Positions 46,226 to 55,790 of a stretch of DNA of 64,000 nucleotides are shown here, piece after piece. The position numbers were made by a program, and so were the translations under genes. This DNA comes from a virus. Its lineage: Duplodnaviria; Caudoviricetes. The stretch is taken from IMG/VR virus record IMGVR_UViG_3300042402_006309, positions 1,887 through 65,886 of that record. One strand, given 5' to 3'. The notes below the pieces were generated by a model. That model had not been told where the DNA came from, did not search any database, and saw only the letters and a program-made list of their open reading frames with translations. Within the stretch, counting starts at the first letter, position 1, and every line of letters begins with the position of its first letter.

Positions 46226-46486
46226 ATGGCGCGCGGACTCTTCATCACCGGATTCACGATTTCCGAAGTGCTCGCCATCCAGCAGCGGGCGAAGCAATTC
46301 CTGATCGAAGGGAAAACCCTCATGACCTGGAACGAGGCGGGAAGCTCCGCCACCAAGCAGTTCACGATGCCCGTCGATGAGGTGCTTGAGGAATGCGGCC
46401 ACGCGCTCCGCGTGCTCGATCCTGTCACCTACGGCAAACCCCGTATCGCCGCTGCTTCCTTCATCTCCGGCTATCTCCCAAAATGA
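46226..46486 (+). CDS. Head completion protein (gpW position)
   Basis: Small ORF immediately before the portal gene. Confidence 0.6.
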   Translation: MARGLFITGFTISEVLAIQQRAKQFLIEGKTLMTWNEAGSSATKQFTMPVDEVLEECGHALRVLDPVTYGKPRIAAASFISGYLPK

Positions 46487-47922
46487 ACCGCCTCAAGCAC
46501 ATTGCGCACCTGCTCTTGCCACCGATTTTCGTGCCGAAGGCATGGGGCTCACCATACGAATCGGTAAACTGGTCTCCTCGTCGCGGGAGTGTGCCGGGCG
46601 CGTCACCAACCGACGCCCGCAACGAACTTACGCCGGGTGTCCGCACCGAGTTGGTTCGCAAATCGCGATACATGCACAAGAACAGCGGGTTCGTCCGCGA
46701 GCTTGTCGCCAACATGGCGATCTACTCGACTGGTGACGGCATCCGCGTCCAGGCGCAATCGCCCGATCCTCAGTGGAACCGGACAGCGGAAGCCTATTTC
46801 GCGATGTGGTCGCCCCGTTGTGAGGTGACGCGGCGGTTTTCGTTCGAGGAATGCCAGGCGCTCGTTTGTCGCGGCATGGACATCGACGGCGAGTATTTCA
46901 TCCACAAGACCCGCGACACCCAAGGCGAACCACGAATCCAGTTGATCGAATCCCACCGCGTAGGCGACCAGTTCGGTTCACAAGAAACCATCGACGGAGT
47001 CGGCCTCGATGCGTGGGGCGCACCGGTTTTTTACCGGACGTTGGAAGACAACAGCAAACACCGGGATCTCCCCGCCCCGTCGGTTCTCCATATCCACGAA
47101 CCCGAGTGGGCCGGTGGTGTCCGGTCTCACCCGACAATCCAGCATTCGATCAATCATGTGCTCGATGAAATGGAATTGCTCGCTCTGGAAAAGCACGCGG
47201 TCAAAGACAATGCGGACGTGGCTCGCATCCTCAAGACGGCTCGCGGGGAAATCGACGACAACGGTGACTTCGTGGTCGGTGGCGCGGCGACTGGCAGTGA
47301 GTCCAGCGACCCGGTTTCGCTGCAACGCATCGTCGGCGGCAAACTGGTGGCTCTCAGACCCGACGAGTCTCTCGACAGCTTTCAATCGAATCGACCATCA
47401 CCCACGTTCACCGGTTTTCTGGAACACCTGCGGCGTGATTCCGCGCTCGGGATGATTCCCTTCGAGTTCGCGGCTGATTCCAGCAAGATCGGCGGAGCGG
47501 GTGTTAGATTGATCGTAGCTAAAGCGGATCGTCGCTTCTCATTCCGCCAGATGATTCTCGAAAGCCGACTCATCAAACCGGTCTGGGCCTATGTGATCGG
47601 CGATGCCATTGCCCGCGGCTTTCTGCCACCGGTCGATGGCTGGTGGAAGATCTGCACGGTCCCGCCGAAACGCGTCACGGTCGATGCGGGTCGCGAAGCC
47701 CAACAAAATCGTGCCGACGTGGAAATGGGACTGAAAACCCTATCCGATCACTTCAACGAACAAGGGGCCGACTTCGGCGAGGAAATCGAACGCCGCGCCA
47801 GCGATGCCAAACTCATCCTGGATACAGCGGCGAAATACGGCGTGCCGGTGGACATGCTCTGGAAACCTAATGGCATGCCCGTCACTCTGCCGGAGCCGGA
47901 AGAGCCCCCGCCTGGCCGTTGA
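46483..47922 (+). CDS. Portal protein, lambda family
   Basis: RTELVRKSRYMHKNSG, IDGEYF, QLIESHR; ~480 aa. Confidence 0.9.
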   Translation: MNRLKHIAHLLLPPIFVPKAWGSPYESVNWSPRRGSVPGASPTDARNELTPGVRTELVRKSRYMHKNSGFVRELVANMAIYSTGDGIRVQAQSPDPQWNRTAEAYFAMWSPRCEVTRRFSFEECQALVCRGMDIDGEYFIHKTRDTQGEPRIQLIESHRVGDQFGSQETIDGVGLDAWGAPVFYRTLEDNSKHRDLPAPSVLHIHEPEWAGGVRSHPTIQHSINHVLDEMELLALEKHAVKDNADVARILKTARGEIDDNGDFVVGGAATGSESSDPVSLQRIVGGKLVALRPDESLDSFQSNRPSPTFTGFLEHLRRDSALGMIPFEFAADSSKIGGAGVRLIVAKADRRFSFRQMILESRLIKPVWAYVIGDAIARGFLPPVDGWWKICTVPPKRVTVDAGREAQQNRADVEMGLKTLSDHFNEQGADFGEEIERRASDAKLILDTAAKYGVPVDMLWKPNGMPVTLPEPEEPPPGR

Positions 47923-47937
47923 CACCGGATTCCGGGC

Positions 47938-49251
47938 GTGAACCCGGTAATCCAACATCGCGAGTGGTTGATCCATCCTGACGCCCTGCAATCCATGGCC
48001 GCATCCCTGCGGGGGCTGGCGGATCGCGGCGGAATGCTTCCCAAACAGGCAGCCGAAAGCCCGCTGCTTTCCATTGATGATGGCATCGGCGTGGTTGCCA
48101 TCGAAGGGCCGATCCTTCGCAAGCCCGACCTCTTCGCCCGGATCTTCTTCGGTGCCACCAGCTCCGAAGACATCGGCGAGGCTTTGCGCGAAGCGGGCGA
48201 GCGCGACGACATCAAGGCGGTGTTCCTCAACATCGACTCACCTGGCGGCACCGTGGCCGGCACTCCGGAACTCGCGGCGGCGGTGAAGGCTTTGAATGGA
48301 AGCAAGCCCGTCTATGCGTTCTCTTCCGGCCTGATGTGTTCGGCGGCCTATTGGATCGCCAGCCAGGCACGCGCCATTTACGCCACACCATCAGCCCAAG
48401 TCGGATCCATCGGCGTGGTGCAGGCGGTCATCGACAACACCGTTGCGCTCGACAAGGCGGGCCTCAAAGTGGAGGTGTTCTCCGTCGGCAAATACAAAGC
48501 GATGGGTGCGCCTGGCACTCCGCTAACAGACGACCAGCGCGAGTTGATTCAATCGAACCTCGCCGAGATCGCGGCCGAGTTTCATGACGCGGTTCTTTCT
48601 CGTGGCCGTGCGATCCCTGCCGAGGCCATGGAAGGCCAGACCTTCAGCGGGAAGCAGGCCCAACGCCACAACCTTGCGGGCATGGTTCCGGACCGTGCCG
48701 ACGCAATGCGCCGCCTGCGCGTCTATCACGCCGCTTCGGTTGACACGGCATCACGGTCGATGAAAAGCATCGAAGACGAACTCGCCGAAGCCCGCACACA
48801 GGTCACCAACCTGCAGCGGGACCACCTAGCCCAAACCGATCTACTCAACGAAGCCTCGACCAGTGTCGATTCGCTTCGTGGCGAAGTCGAACTGCTTTCC
48901 GCTGAAATCGACACGCTCAAAGCGGAGCGCGATGACGCGAAGAGCCAAGCCTCCAATCTCATCACCGAGCGGGATGCAGCAAAGGTGCAGGTCACCTCGA
49001 TGCAATCCCGCATCACCGAGCTTGAGGCATCGCAGTCCGACTTCGATCGCAAGTTGCAACTCGATGTTGCCCGCGTCGTCGCATCAACCGGCACTACGAT
49101 GCCCGCTCAAGTGACGCCTGCCGGAGATGCCTCCCAGGCTGCGGATCTCCACGCGCGTTTTGCAGCCATCACCGATCCGGCTGAACAAACCGTCTTCTGG
49201 CGCAAGCTCACTCCCGAACAACAAGCCCTCATCCTCAAACACCAAGCCTGA
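47938..49251 (+). CDS. S49 head maturation protease with C-terminal scaffold
   Basis: LNIDSPGG, CSAAYWIAS, VGSIGV, GKYK; coiled-coil tail. Confidence 0.92.
   Translation: MNPVIQHREWLIHPDALQSMAASLRGLADRGGMLPKQAAESPLLSIDDGIGVVAIEGPILRKPDLFARIFFGATSSEDIGEALREAGERDDIKAVFLNIDSPGGTVAGTPELAAAVKALNGSKPVYAFSSGLMCSAAYWIASQARAIYATPSAQVGSIGVVQAVIDNTVALDKAGLKVEVFSVGKYKAMGAPGTPLTDDQRELIQSNLAEIAAEFHDAVLSRGRAIPAEAMEGQTFSGKQAQRHNLAGMVPDRADAMRRLRVYHAASVDTASRSMKSIEDELAEARTQVTNLQRDHLAQTDLLNEASTSVDSLRGEVELLSAEIDTLKAERDDAKSQASNLITERDAAKVQVTSMQSRITELEASQSDFDRKLQLDVARVVASTGTTMPAQVTPAGDASQAADLHARFAAITDPAEQTVFWRKLTPEQQALILKHQA
48760..49251 (+). CDS. Nested in-frame scaffolding protein (Nu3-like)
   Basis: Internal ATG (MKSIEDELAEAR...) at the coiled-coil boundary, 14 nt after a GTTGACA motif. 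Confidence 0.65.
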   Translation: MKSIEDELAEARTQVTNLQRDHLAQTDLLNEASTSVDSLRGEVELLSAEIDTLKAERDDAKSQASNLITERDAAKVQVTSMQSRITELEASQSDFDRKLQLDVARVVASTGTTMPAQVTPAGDASQAADLHARFAAITDPAEQTVFWRKLTPEQQALILKHQA

Positions 49252-49260
49252 TAACACGCC

Positions 49261-50157
49261 ATGTCCAACACACTCACCAACGTCAAAGACATCAAGGTCG
49301 CCCAACGGGCGCTCATGCCCTTCATGTCGAACCTTCTGCCGGTCACGGCGTTTTCCACCGACTTCAGTCCGATGCCGGCCGAAAAACTCGATACCGTTCG
49401 CGTTCCGCTCGTCGGCGCGCCCAGCGTGTCGAGCGACTTCGCAGGCGACTACTCGGCCAATGCCGATTCCACGGTCACCGTGGTTCCGGTCACGCTCAAC
49501 CGCCACAAATACAAGACCGTCCACGTAACCGCAAAGGAATCCGCCGAGACCGCGCTCAGTGTGCTCGAAACCCTGGTGGAAGCCGCCGCCCAGCAACTCG
49601 CCCAGGACGTGCTGGTGGACATCTTCAGTTGCATCACGCTCGCCAACTTCGGTGGTCCCAGCATCGCCGCGCTCGCTGCTACCGCCTTCGACTACAAGAA
49701 GGTACTCGAAATCCGCCAGAAGTGCGGCGAGGCCAAGATGCCGCCTAACCCGCGCTCGCTGGTGCTCGATGCCGGCTACTACACCAACATGCTCGCAGAC
49801 GACATCGTGGCCAAGAGTTTCAACCTGAACCTCAACGCCCCGGCTGTCACCGAAGGCATGGTCAAGCGGCTTGCCGGTTTCAACCTCCACGAGACGTCCC
49901 TCATCCCATCGGATCACGCGGAAAAACTCGTTGGTTTCGCCGCCCACTCCAGCGCCGTCGCGGTGGCCATGCGCTACCTTCAACCGGTGGCTGACTACCA
50001 GCAAGCCGGTGCCGTAACCGATCCCACCACGGGCATGACCTTCGGCTACCTGCGCTTCACCGACACCCGCGCCAACAAGATCTTCGTCACCCTCGAATGT
50101 CTTTACGGCTTCGCCCCGGCGAAAACCGACGCCCTCAAGCGCATCGTCAAACCATAA
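49261..50157 (+). CDS. Major capsid protein
   Basis: Follows the protease/scaffold; DTVRVP, GFNLHET, LECLYG; strong codon bias; terminator downstream. Confidence 0.85.
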   Translation: MSNTLTNVKDIKVAQRALMPFMSNLLPVTAFSTDFSPMPAEKLDTVRVPLVGAPSVSSDFAGDYSANADSTVTVVPVTLNRHKYKTVHVTAKESAETALSVLETLVEAAAQQLAQDVLVDIFSCITLANFGGPSIAALAATAFDYKKVLEIRQKCGEAKMPPNPRSLVLDAGYYTNMLADDIVAKSFNLNLNAPAVTEGMVKRLAGFNLHETSLIPSDHAEKLVGFAAHSSAVAVAMRYLQPVADYQQAGAVTDPTTGMTFGYLRFTDTRANKIFVTLECLYGFAPAKTDALKRIVKP

Positions 50158-50185
50158 GCTTCTTTGGAGTTCGATTGGCATCCAT

Positions 50186-50223
50186 CACCCTCTCTCGGGA
50201 AACCGGGAGGGGGTGTTTTGTTT
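50186..50223 (+). terminator. Intrinsic terminator after the capsid gene
   Basis: CACCCTCTCTCGG-GAAA-CCGGGAGGGGGTG then TTTTGTTT. Confidence 0.85.
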
Positions 50224-50306
50224 GGAGTAGCGAGAAAAGGTGCTTCAGCCTTGCCCAGAGCATTCTGAGTTTGCTAGAGCTAATTCAACCTTTCTTCAGG
50301 AAAACT

Positions 50307-50702
50307 ATGGCTGCCCGTTATGAATTCACCTGTGATCGTTGCGGCTTCAGCGTTGAAGCATGGGACGATGGAAATCCTTACATTGAATATCCTAAAGGAA
50401 AACGACATCATTTTTACCACCCAGGGGAAGACGAGCAGATCAAAGAGATCACACGAACCATTGTCGGGCACGAACCAACAAGACAGGAATGCGACAATAT
50501 TCTGAAGAAGTATGGAGGTAACGAATCTGATTTTATTTGCCGATCATGCTTGAAGATTGATCAGTATGACGAAAGCAAAGACCCTCTCGTATGCAAACAT
50601 TGTGGCGGAGAGTCTATTGAAAGGACTTTTGATCTCGCCGGAAAGAAGTGCCTCAAATGTGACGGCATATTTTCCGAAGGTGAGTTCACCGCAATCTCTT
50701 AA
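50307..50702 (+). CDS. AT-rich zinc-ribbon moron protein
   Basis: Four CxxC pairs (CDRC, CRSC, CKHC, CLKC); composition differs from its neighbours. Confidence 0.75.
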   Translation: MAARYEFTCDRCGFSVEAWDDGNPYIEYPKGKRHHFYHPGEDEQIKEITRTIVGHEPTRQECDNILKKYGGNESDFICRSCLKIDQYDESKDPLVCKHCGGESIERTFDLAGKKCLKCDGIFSEGEFTAIS

Positions 50703-50742
50703 CATTTCAGAGGTTCCAGCCGATTGACACGCCGCTCGGTGC

Positions 50743-51051
50743 GTGAACGCGATCCAAGCAGCTGCAGCAGAGGCATTCGTTGAAATCCTGCGTGACGCGG
50801 GCGTGCCGGTGACCATCGGTGACAGGGAGTATCAGGCGATGGTCTCGCCAAGTGGTCTTGCCGTCGATCTTGAGGAAGGCGGCTTCACCCAGGACGGCGC
50901 ACTCACGGTGAGGTTGCTCGTGGCCCATCTGCCAACTCTACCGCCTGCCCACAACGAAACGATCCTCATCGGCGGCGAGCGCCACAAGATCGAGGAAATC
51001 ATCCGCAAACCCGGCGCAGGCATCATCGAATACCGGGTGGCCCGCCGCTGA
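50743..51051 (+). CDS. Head-tail joining protein (gpFII-like)
   Basis: Position, size, DLEEGGF, beta-rich. Confidence 0.65.
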   Translation: MNAIQAAAAEAFVEILRDAGVPVTIGDREYQAMVSPSGLAVDLEEGGFTQDGALTVRLLVAHLPTLPPAHNETILIGGERHKIEEIIRKPGAGIIEYRVARR

Positions 51052-51062
51052 AAATAACCGCC

Positions 51063-51452
51063 ATGAACCAAGCCATCGAAGATTATCTAGCAGCCCTGAT
51101 TGGAACTGCGGACATCCAACCGCCCCCCGAGATTTTCACCGGCACCTCCGCTGCGATCCGCCCGCCCGAATCCCATGCCGTGCTCGTCACTGCCGACGAG
51201 ATTGAGAACGTGGTCGGTCCGCTGCACCGCGCCAAAATCAAGATCATGGTTTCTTCTCCCACCGATGACCGCGCCGCCCATTCCGCCATCGCCCAGGCGA
51301 TCCGTCCCTTGCTCACGGGCAGCCTTCCCGCAGCCACCGGGTTCCATGCGGCGGGATTCAAAGCGGGTGCCTTCACCACCGGAGTCTCGGACGACAACCG
51401 CTGGGTCACTTCGCTGGACGGCATCCTCGGTATCGAATGGACCGGCGGTTGA
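51063..51452 (+). CDS. Putative tail completion/terminator protein
   Basis: Position and size. Confidence 0.5.
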   Translation: MNQAIEDYLAALIGTADIQPPPEIFTGTSAAIRPPESHAVLVTADEIENVVGPLHRAKIKIMVSSPTDDRAAHSAIAQAIRPLLTGSLPAATGFHAAGFKAGAFTTGVSDDNRWVTSLDGILGIEWTGG

Positions 51453-51470
51453 CACCGGACACCGGGCGTC

Positions 51471-51785
51471 ATGCCTGCCACGTTCGGAGTCCAGAACACC
51501 TTCGGTTTGTCGCCCGCCAGCGGCCACGCGCACGAGTCATCCGATGACGCGTCCATCGAAGTGGCCACGCTGCGTGACGAGAACGGCGTCACCGTGGTCG
51601 CCAAGCCGAAGAAGATGGTGACACGCAACATTTCGCTATCCGGCAAGGGGCTGCCGAACTTCGCCGACGTGGCGGCCGGTGCCATCACCGCAGGGACCGC
51701 GTTTGTCACCTCGGTCAAGCAGTCCGAGAGCAATGACGACTTCCCAGGATTCGAGATCCAGGCGGTCGCCTATCAGGACAACTAA
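51471..51785 (+). CDS. Putative tail tube-like protein A
   Basis: 104 aa; ends VTSVKQSESNDDFPGFEI; paralog of the next gene. Confidence 0.55.
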   Translation: MPATFGVQNTFGLSPASGHAHESSDDASIEVATLRDENGVTVVAKPKKMVTRNISLSGKGLPNFADVAAGAITAGTAFVTSVKQSESNDDFPGFEIQAVAYQDN

Positions 51786-51799
51786 GCCTCACCCAAACC

Positions 51800-52138
51800 A
51801 TGCCCGCTGCATTCAACGAAATCGGAATCGGCTCCATCACCGCCTCGCTGGTCGAGTCGCTCGATGTGGAGAAGAAGATCGATCACAAGGTCATCAAGAC
51901 TTCCGTGGGCGGCTTCGCGCAGGGCCACCGCCACGACCCGATGTTCGAGTTCAGCGTCAAAGGTCGCGGCAGCGCGAGTGCCACATTGCTTGGAGGCAGC
52001 GGCTCCACCTACGCGCCCAGCCAGATCAGCGGCGGCGTGACCATTCTCACCAGCGTCAAGAACTCCGAGAGCAACGAGGACTTCAATTCGTTCGAGGTCG
52101 CCGGGGTCAACTATCCGGGCGCGGGAGCACAGGTCTAA
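51800..52138 (+). CDS. Putative tail tube-like protein B
   Basis: 112 aa; ends LTSVKNSESNEDFNSFEV. Confidence 0.55.
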   Translation: MPAAFNEIGIGSITASLVESLDVEKKIDHKVIKTSVGGFAQGHRHDPMFEFSVKGRGSASATLLGGSGSTYAPSQISGGVTILTSVKNSESNEDFNSFEVAGVNYPGAGAQV

Positions 52139-52149
52139 CAATCACCCAC

Positions 52150-52617
52150 ATGAAACAAGGAGATACCATCACCGTCGTCAGGGATCAGGACATCAAACCG
52201 TCCGAGAGCCGCAACACCCGCCTGATTGCCGCCGCCATTGCCAGCGGGGCCGTCTTCGCCTCCGAGAGCGCGTTTCTGGACGCAGTCGAGGAAACTGCCA
52301 ACGGTCCGCGCCGCACCGTCACCTGGTTGATGGACGGTGCGCGCAAGATCGAGTTCGAGCCGCTTGCCGAAGCCGAGCAAATCGACATGGCCGAGTTCCG
52401 CCGCCGCTTCGAGTCGCTGGCATGGTGCGAGGGCAACCCGAACCATCCCATCGCCTACATGCGGGCCATGACCGAGCACTACAACCGTCTGCTCGACAAG
52501 ATCAAGACGATGCGCCCGATGCTGCTCATTCGCAAAGGCAAGCGCTTCGCCATCGTCCCGAGCGGATCGGACGCCGCCAGCACGGCACAGCGTGAACACA
52601 TCCTCGCCGAGTTCTAA
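52150..52617 (+). CDS. Hypothetical phage protein
   Basis: True start MKQGDT at 52150. Confidence 0.7.
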   Translation: MKQGDTITVVRDQDIKPSESRNTRLIAAAIASGAVFASESAFLDAVEETANGPRRTVTWLMDGARKIEFEPLAEAEQIDMAEFRRRFESLAWCEGNPNHPIAYMRAMTEHYNRLLDKIKTMRPMLLIRKGKRFAIVPSGSDAASTAQREHILAEF

Positions 52618-52621
52618 CACC

Positions 52622-52987
52622 ATGAAGGCGCTGTCCATACTGCTTGCCATCACCACGGCGTCTATCCTCGGCGCGTCCGCCGGTCAGGTGAAACTGGCAT
52701 GGAATCCGAGTAAAGGTGCCCAGCCGATCACCTACCGGATCTGGCGCGGCATCGAGCAAATCGCCGAGGTGAGCGAAACCACCGCCACGGTCACGCTTCC
52801 TGACACGCCGGTCACCCTGACCGTATCCGCCCACAACGAGTTCGGCAACTCACCGCACTCCGCGCCACTCCACCTTGTTGCGCTGAGGGTCCAGGAAAGC
52901 ACCAACCTGCGTGCGTGGTGGTATGTGAAAACGATCTATCAGGAAAAGGAAACCGCCGCCTTTTACCGATTGGAAATCATCCCATGA
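52622..52987 (+). CDS. Secreted fibronectin-III-like protein
   Basis: Signal peptide; VKLAWNPS...YRIW...VSAHNEFGNSPHS. Confidence 0.75.
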   Translation: MKALSILLAITTASILGASAGQVKLAWNPSKGAQPITYRIWRGIEQIAEVSETTATVTLPDTPVTLTVSAHNEFGNSPHSAPLHLVALRVQESTNLRAWWYVKTIYQEKETAAFYRLEIIP

Positions 52988-53397
52988 ACGACCGAGAACA
53001 ATTACTTTCCGCCGCGATGGTGGAGCCGAGTGAAGTGGAGATCCTTGGCCTCAGACTGCGTCCGTTCACGTATGGCACGATGCTGCTCGCCCACATGCTC
53101 GACCTGCCGCTGGTGCGTGGCGCGGAAGTGGAGGATTTTTCCGAAGCCGACATCCACCGCCAGATTTCCACGTTCGCATGGATGCAATCGGTAGCGCCCG
53201 GCGAAGTGACCAAAGCCATCCGTGACAAGACGGTGGAGACGCAGGCATTGGAATTCGCCATGTTGCAAATGACCCCATCGCGCATTGAGGGCATCATGGA
53301 TCATCTGGCAATGGTCGCCGCCATGGTCCAGGCCGCCACGGTGCGGGCCGAAAGCCGCCACAAGGGAAGTGAGGAAGACGCGCCGGGAAAGTCCTGA
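52984..53397 (+). CDS. Tail assembly chaperone (gpG-like)
   Basis: Ends ...CCG GGA AAG TCC TGA, containing the slippery site. Confidence 0.8.
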   Translation: MNDREQLLSAAMVEPSEVEILGLRLRPFTYGTMLLAHMLDLPLVRGAEVEDFSEADIHRQISTFAWMQSVAPGEVTKAIRDKTVETQALEFAMLQMTPSRIEGIMDHLAMVAAMVQAATVRAESRHKGSEEDAPGKS

Positions 53398-53639
53398 GCC
53401 CGCACTGGCTGGCGAGTGTCACCTACACGCTGGCCAGGGACACGGGTTGGAGCGAGGAATTCATCCTGTGGCAAATGCCGCTGGCCCGCGCCATGCAATA
53501 CTATCACTGTGCGTTGCAGGCGGCCGGGTTGTGGACGCTCGAACCACCGGACCCGCAGACCGCACATGAGCTGGTATCAGCAGACCTGCTAGCCCACATC
53601 GACGCACTGGTTGACGAGGAGGGCGTGGATGATGAATGA
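53385..53639 (+). CDS. -1 frameshift extension of the tail chaperone (gpGT-like)
   Basis: GGGAAAG at 53385-53391; -1 frame open to TGA 53637-53639: VLSPHWLASVTYTLARDTGWSEEFILWQMPLARAMQY... Confidence 0.8.
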   Translation, partial: GKVLSPHWLASVTYTLARDTGWSEEFILWQMPLARAMQYYHCALQAAGLWTLEPPDPQTAHELVSADLLAHIDALVDEEGVDDE

Positions 53640-54303
53640 TTCGATGGAGCTGAGGCTGGATACAGGAGAATTCCGCGACGCCATGGTGAGGCTGCGGCAG
53701 TTCTCCAAGCGCGAGGGCAAGGTGTTCGTTGAAGAACAGGTTCGGGGATTCATCCGCAACCTGCTGGATGTCACCCCGCCGAACCGTGGATCACGTCGCG
53801 GTGTGGCGGCGAAGAAGGCGGGTGAAGCGGCGATTGCCTCCGACATCCGCGCGGTTTTCCGCGGGGTTACCAACGAAAACAGGGTCGAGGTGAAAAGCAT
53901 TTCCGAAATGGAACAGGTGCTCAAATCGAGGCGCAAAAATGGCTCCATGCGGGTGACGTCCGGCACGGGCAGGATACGCGCTCAGAGCGCCATGATTCGC
54001 GAATTGATCAAGATGCGCAAAGGCCGGGTCGGCAAACTCGCGTCGGCATGGGTGAGCGCCGCCCGCGGGCTCGGTAAGATCCGTGTTCCTGCGTGGATTG
54101 CCCGACACAGTGAACCCGGCCATACCCGCTTTGCTTACTCTGAGGACAGGGTTAGCGCAGCCGTTGTCAATGCCGTCGAGTGGGCATCCAACGTGGACGG
54201 AATCACCCGCCGCGTGCGCGCCGCGCTGCAAATGCAGACGAGGGCGATGGAACGCCGGCTCGAATTCTTCATCAATCAAGCCGGGAAGCGCAGTCGATTC
54301 TAA
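53629..54303 (+). CDS. Basic virion morphogenesis protein (HK97 gp10/gpZ-like)
   Basis: AGGAGG RBS; Arg/Lys-rich, VTPP motif. Confidence 0.55.
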   Translation: MMNDSMELRLDTGEFRDAMVRLRQFSKREGKVFVEEQVRGFIRNLLDVTPPNRGSRRGVAAKKAGEAAIASDIRAVFRGVTNENRVEVKSISEMEQVLKSRRKNGSMRVTSGTGRIRAQSAMIRELIKMRKGRVGKLASAWVSAARGLGKIRVPAWIARHSEPGHTRFAYSEDRVSAAVVNAVEWASNVDGITRRVRAALQMQTRAMERRLEFFINQAGKRSRF

Positions 54304-54317
54304 ACGCACAACACTCC

Positions 54318-55790
54318 ATGGCCAAACTCACTGCATTCCTCACGCTCAACGCTCAGGCGTTCAATCAGGCGCTCAAGAGTTCGCAATCCTCGGTCAAGGG
54401 GATGGAGGGACAATTGCGGGCGAGCTCCGGCAAGATGTCGTCGGCATTCAGCACCATCAGCCGCGCCGCCAAGGTGGGATTTGCGACGGTGGCCGCCAAT
54501 GCCACGGCAGCTTTTGCAGCAGTCGCCGCTTCGATGAAATCCGCACTCGATGAAGGCGGGCGCATTTCGGATGTGATGGCGCAAACCGGCGCGAGTGGTC
54601 GCAACCTCGTCGTTCTGGAGCAGGCATTCAAAAACGCCGGATTGGAAAGCGGGAAAGTGGCCACTTCGCTGGGCAAGATGCAGAAAACCATCGTGCAGGC
54701 GTCGGAAGGCGGGGCCGCAGCAGCAGCGACGTTTGGCAAGCTCGGGCTGGCGGCATCAGACCTTGTGGGGCTCGACGCCGTGGAATCTTTCCGCCGCATT
54801 TCAGAGGCGATTGCCGCGCTTCCCAGCCCAACCCAGAGAGCGGCCGCGGCCATGGAGGTTTTCGGTCGCAGCGGGGCAAGCCTAATGGCGGTGATTGATG
54901 ACCCGAGCGCGTGGAACAGCGCGGCCGACCTTGCGGGGAGCTATGGCGACATCATCGGTGAGAACGCAGTGCGATTTGATGCTGTGAGTGACGCGATGGG
55001 CAATATGGGAATCATCATGAAAACCATCGGCGCTGTGGCAGCCGAGGCGATGCTGCCGCGCTTGGAAAAGATGATGGATCTGCTGCCCGAACTGGCACGG
55101 GGCCTCAGCCTGATTGACTGGAGCAATCCGTTCAACACCGACGTGGACCCGGAAGCCGCCCGCCGCCAAGCGGAGCAATGGGCGAAGGATGATCCCAACG
55201 CCGGCCGCAGCCGCACGGAAGACGAAGCCGCCGCGCTTGCCCGCAAGAACGAAGCGTTCTGGGCAGGCAAGGAGGCGGAGAAGCAGGAAGCCATTGCCGC
55301 CGCAGAAGAAAAGGCACGCATCGAGGCGGAAAAGAAAGCCGAAGCTGATCGCAAGAAGGCCGAGGAAACCGCCAAGACCCGCGCTGCCGCACTGGACTCC
55401 TACAAGCTCGAAGCGGCGATCATCCAGGCGCGCATCGAGGGCAATGATGAAATGCTCACCAAACTCGAACGTGAAAAACGCATCCGCGAGGAAATGGCAG
55501 GGCTCGTGCAGGCGGGGTTCACCGACGAGGAAGCACGCAAAGGGGCCACGCTCATGGTGGACAAGCAGGCTCAGGCGGATGCCACTGAAAAAGCGCGGCG
55601 CGGCAGTGTGAGTTCAAACGCCAACCAGCTCGGTGGCTTCGCCCAATCCATGAACCTGCTCTTCGGCCGCAGCGCGAACGCCGGGTTGCTGGAAGAAAAC
55701 AAACGCCAGACGGAATGGCTGCGCAAAATCCACGACAACACCAATCCCGACAAACGTCCCAAAACCAACCCTGACGTCGTCTTCGCATGA
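54318..55790 (+). CDS. Tape measure protein (short, ~490 aa)
   Basis: Ala-rich helical; RAAAAMEVFGRSGASL. Confidence 0.85.
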   Translation: MAKLTAFLTLNAQAFNQALKSSQSSVKGMEGQLRASSGKMSSAFSTISRAAKVGFATVAANATAAFAAVAASMKSALDEGGRISDVMAQTGASGRNLVVLEQAFKNAGLESGKVATSLGKMQKTIVQASEGGAAAAATFGKLGLAASDLVGLDAVESFRRISEAIAALPSPTQRAAAAMEVFGRSGASLMAVIDDPSAWNSAADLAGSYGDIIGENAVRFDAVSDAMGNMGIIMKTIGAVAAEAMLPRLEKMMDLLPELARGLSLIDWSNPFNTDVDPEAARRQAEQWAKDDPNAGRSRTEDEAAALARKNEAFWAGKEAEKQEAIAAAEEKARIEAEKKAEADRKKAEETAKTRAAALDSYKLEAAIIQARIEGNDEMLTKLEREKRIREEMAGLVQAGFTDEEARKGATLMVDKQAQADATEKARRGSVSSNANQLGGFAQSMNLLFGRSANAGLLEENKRQTEWLRKIHDNTNPDKRPKTNPDVVFA

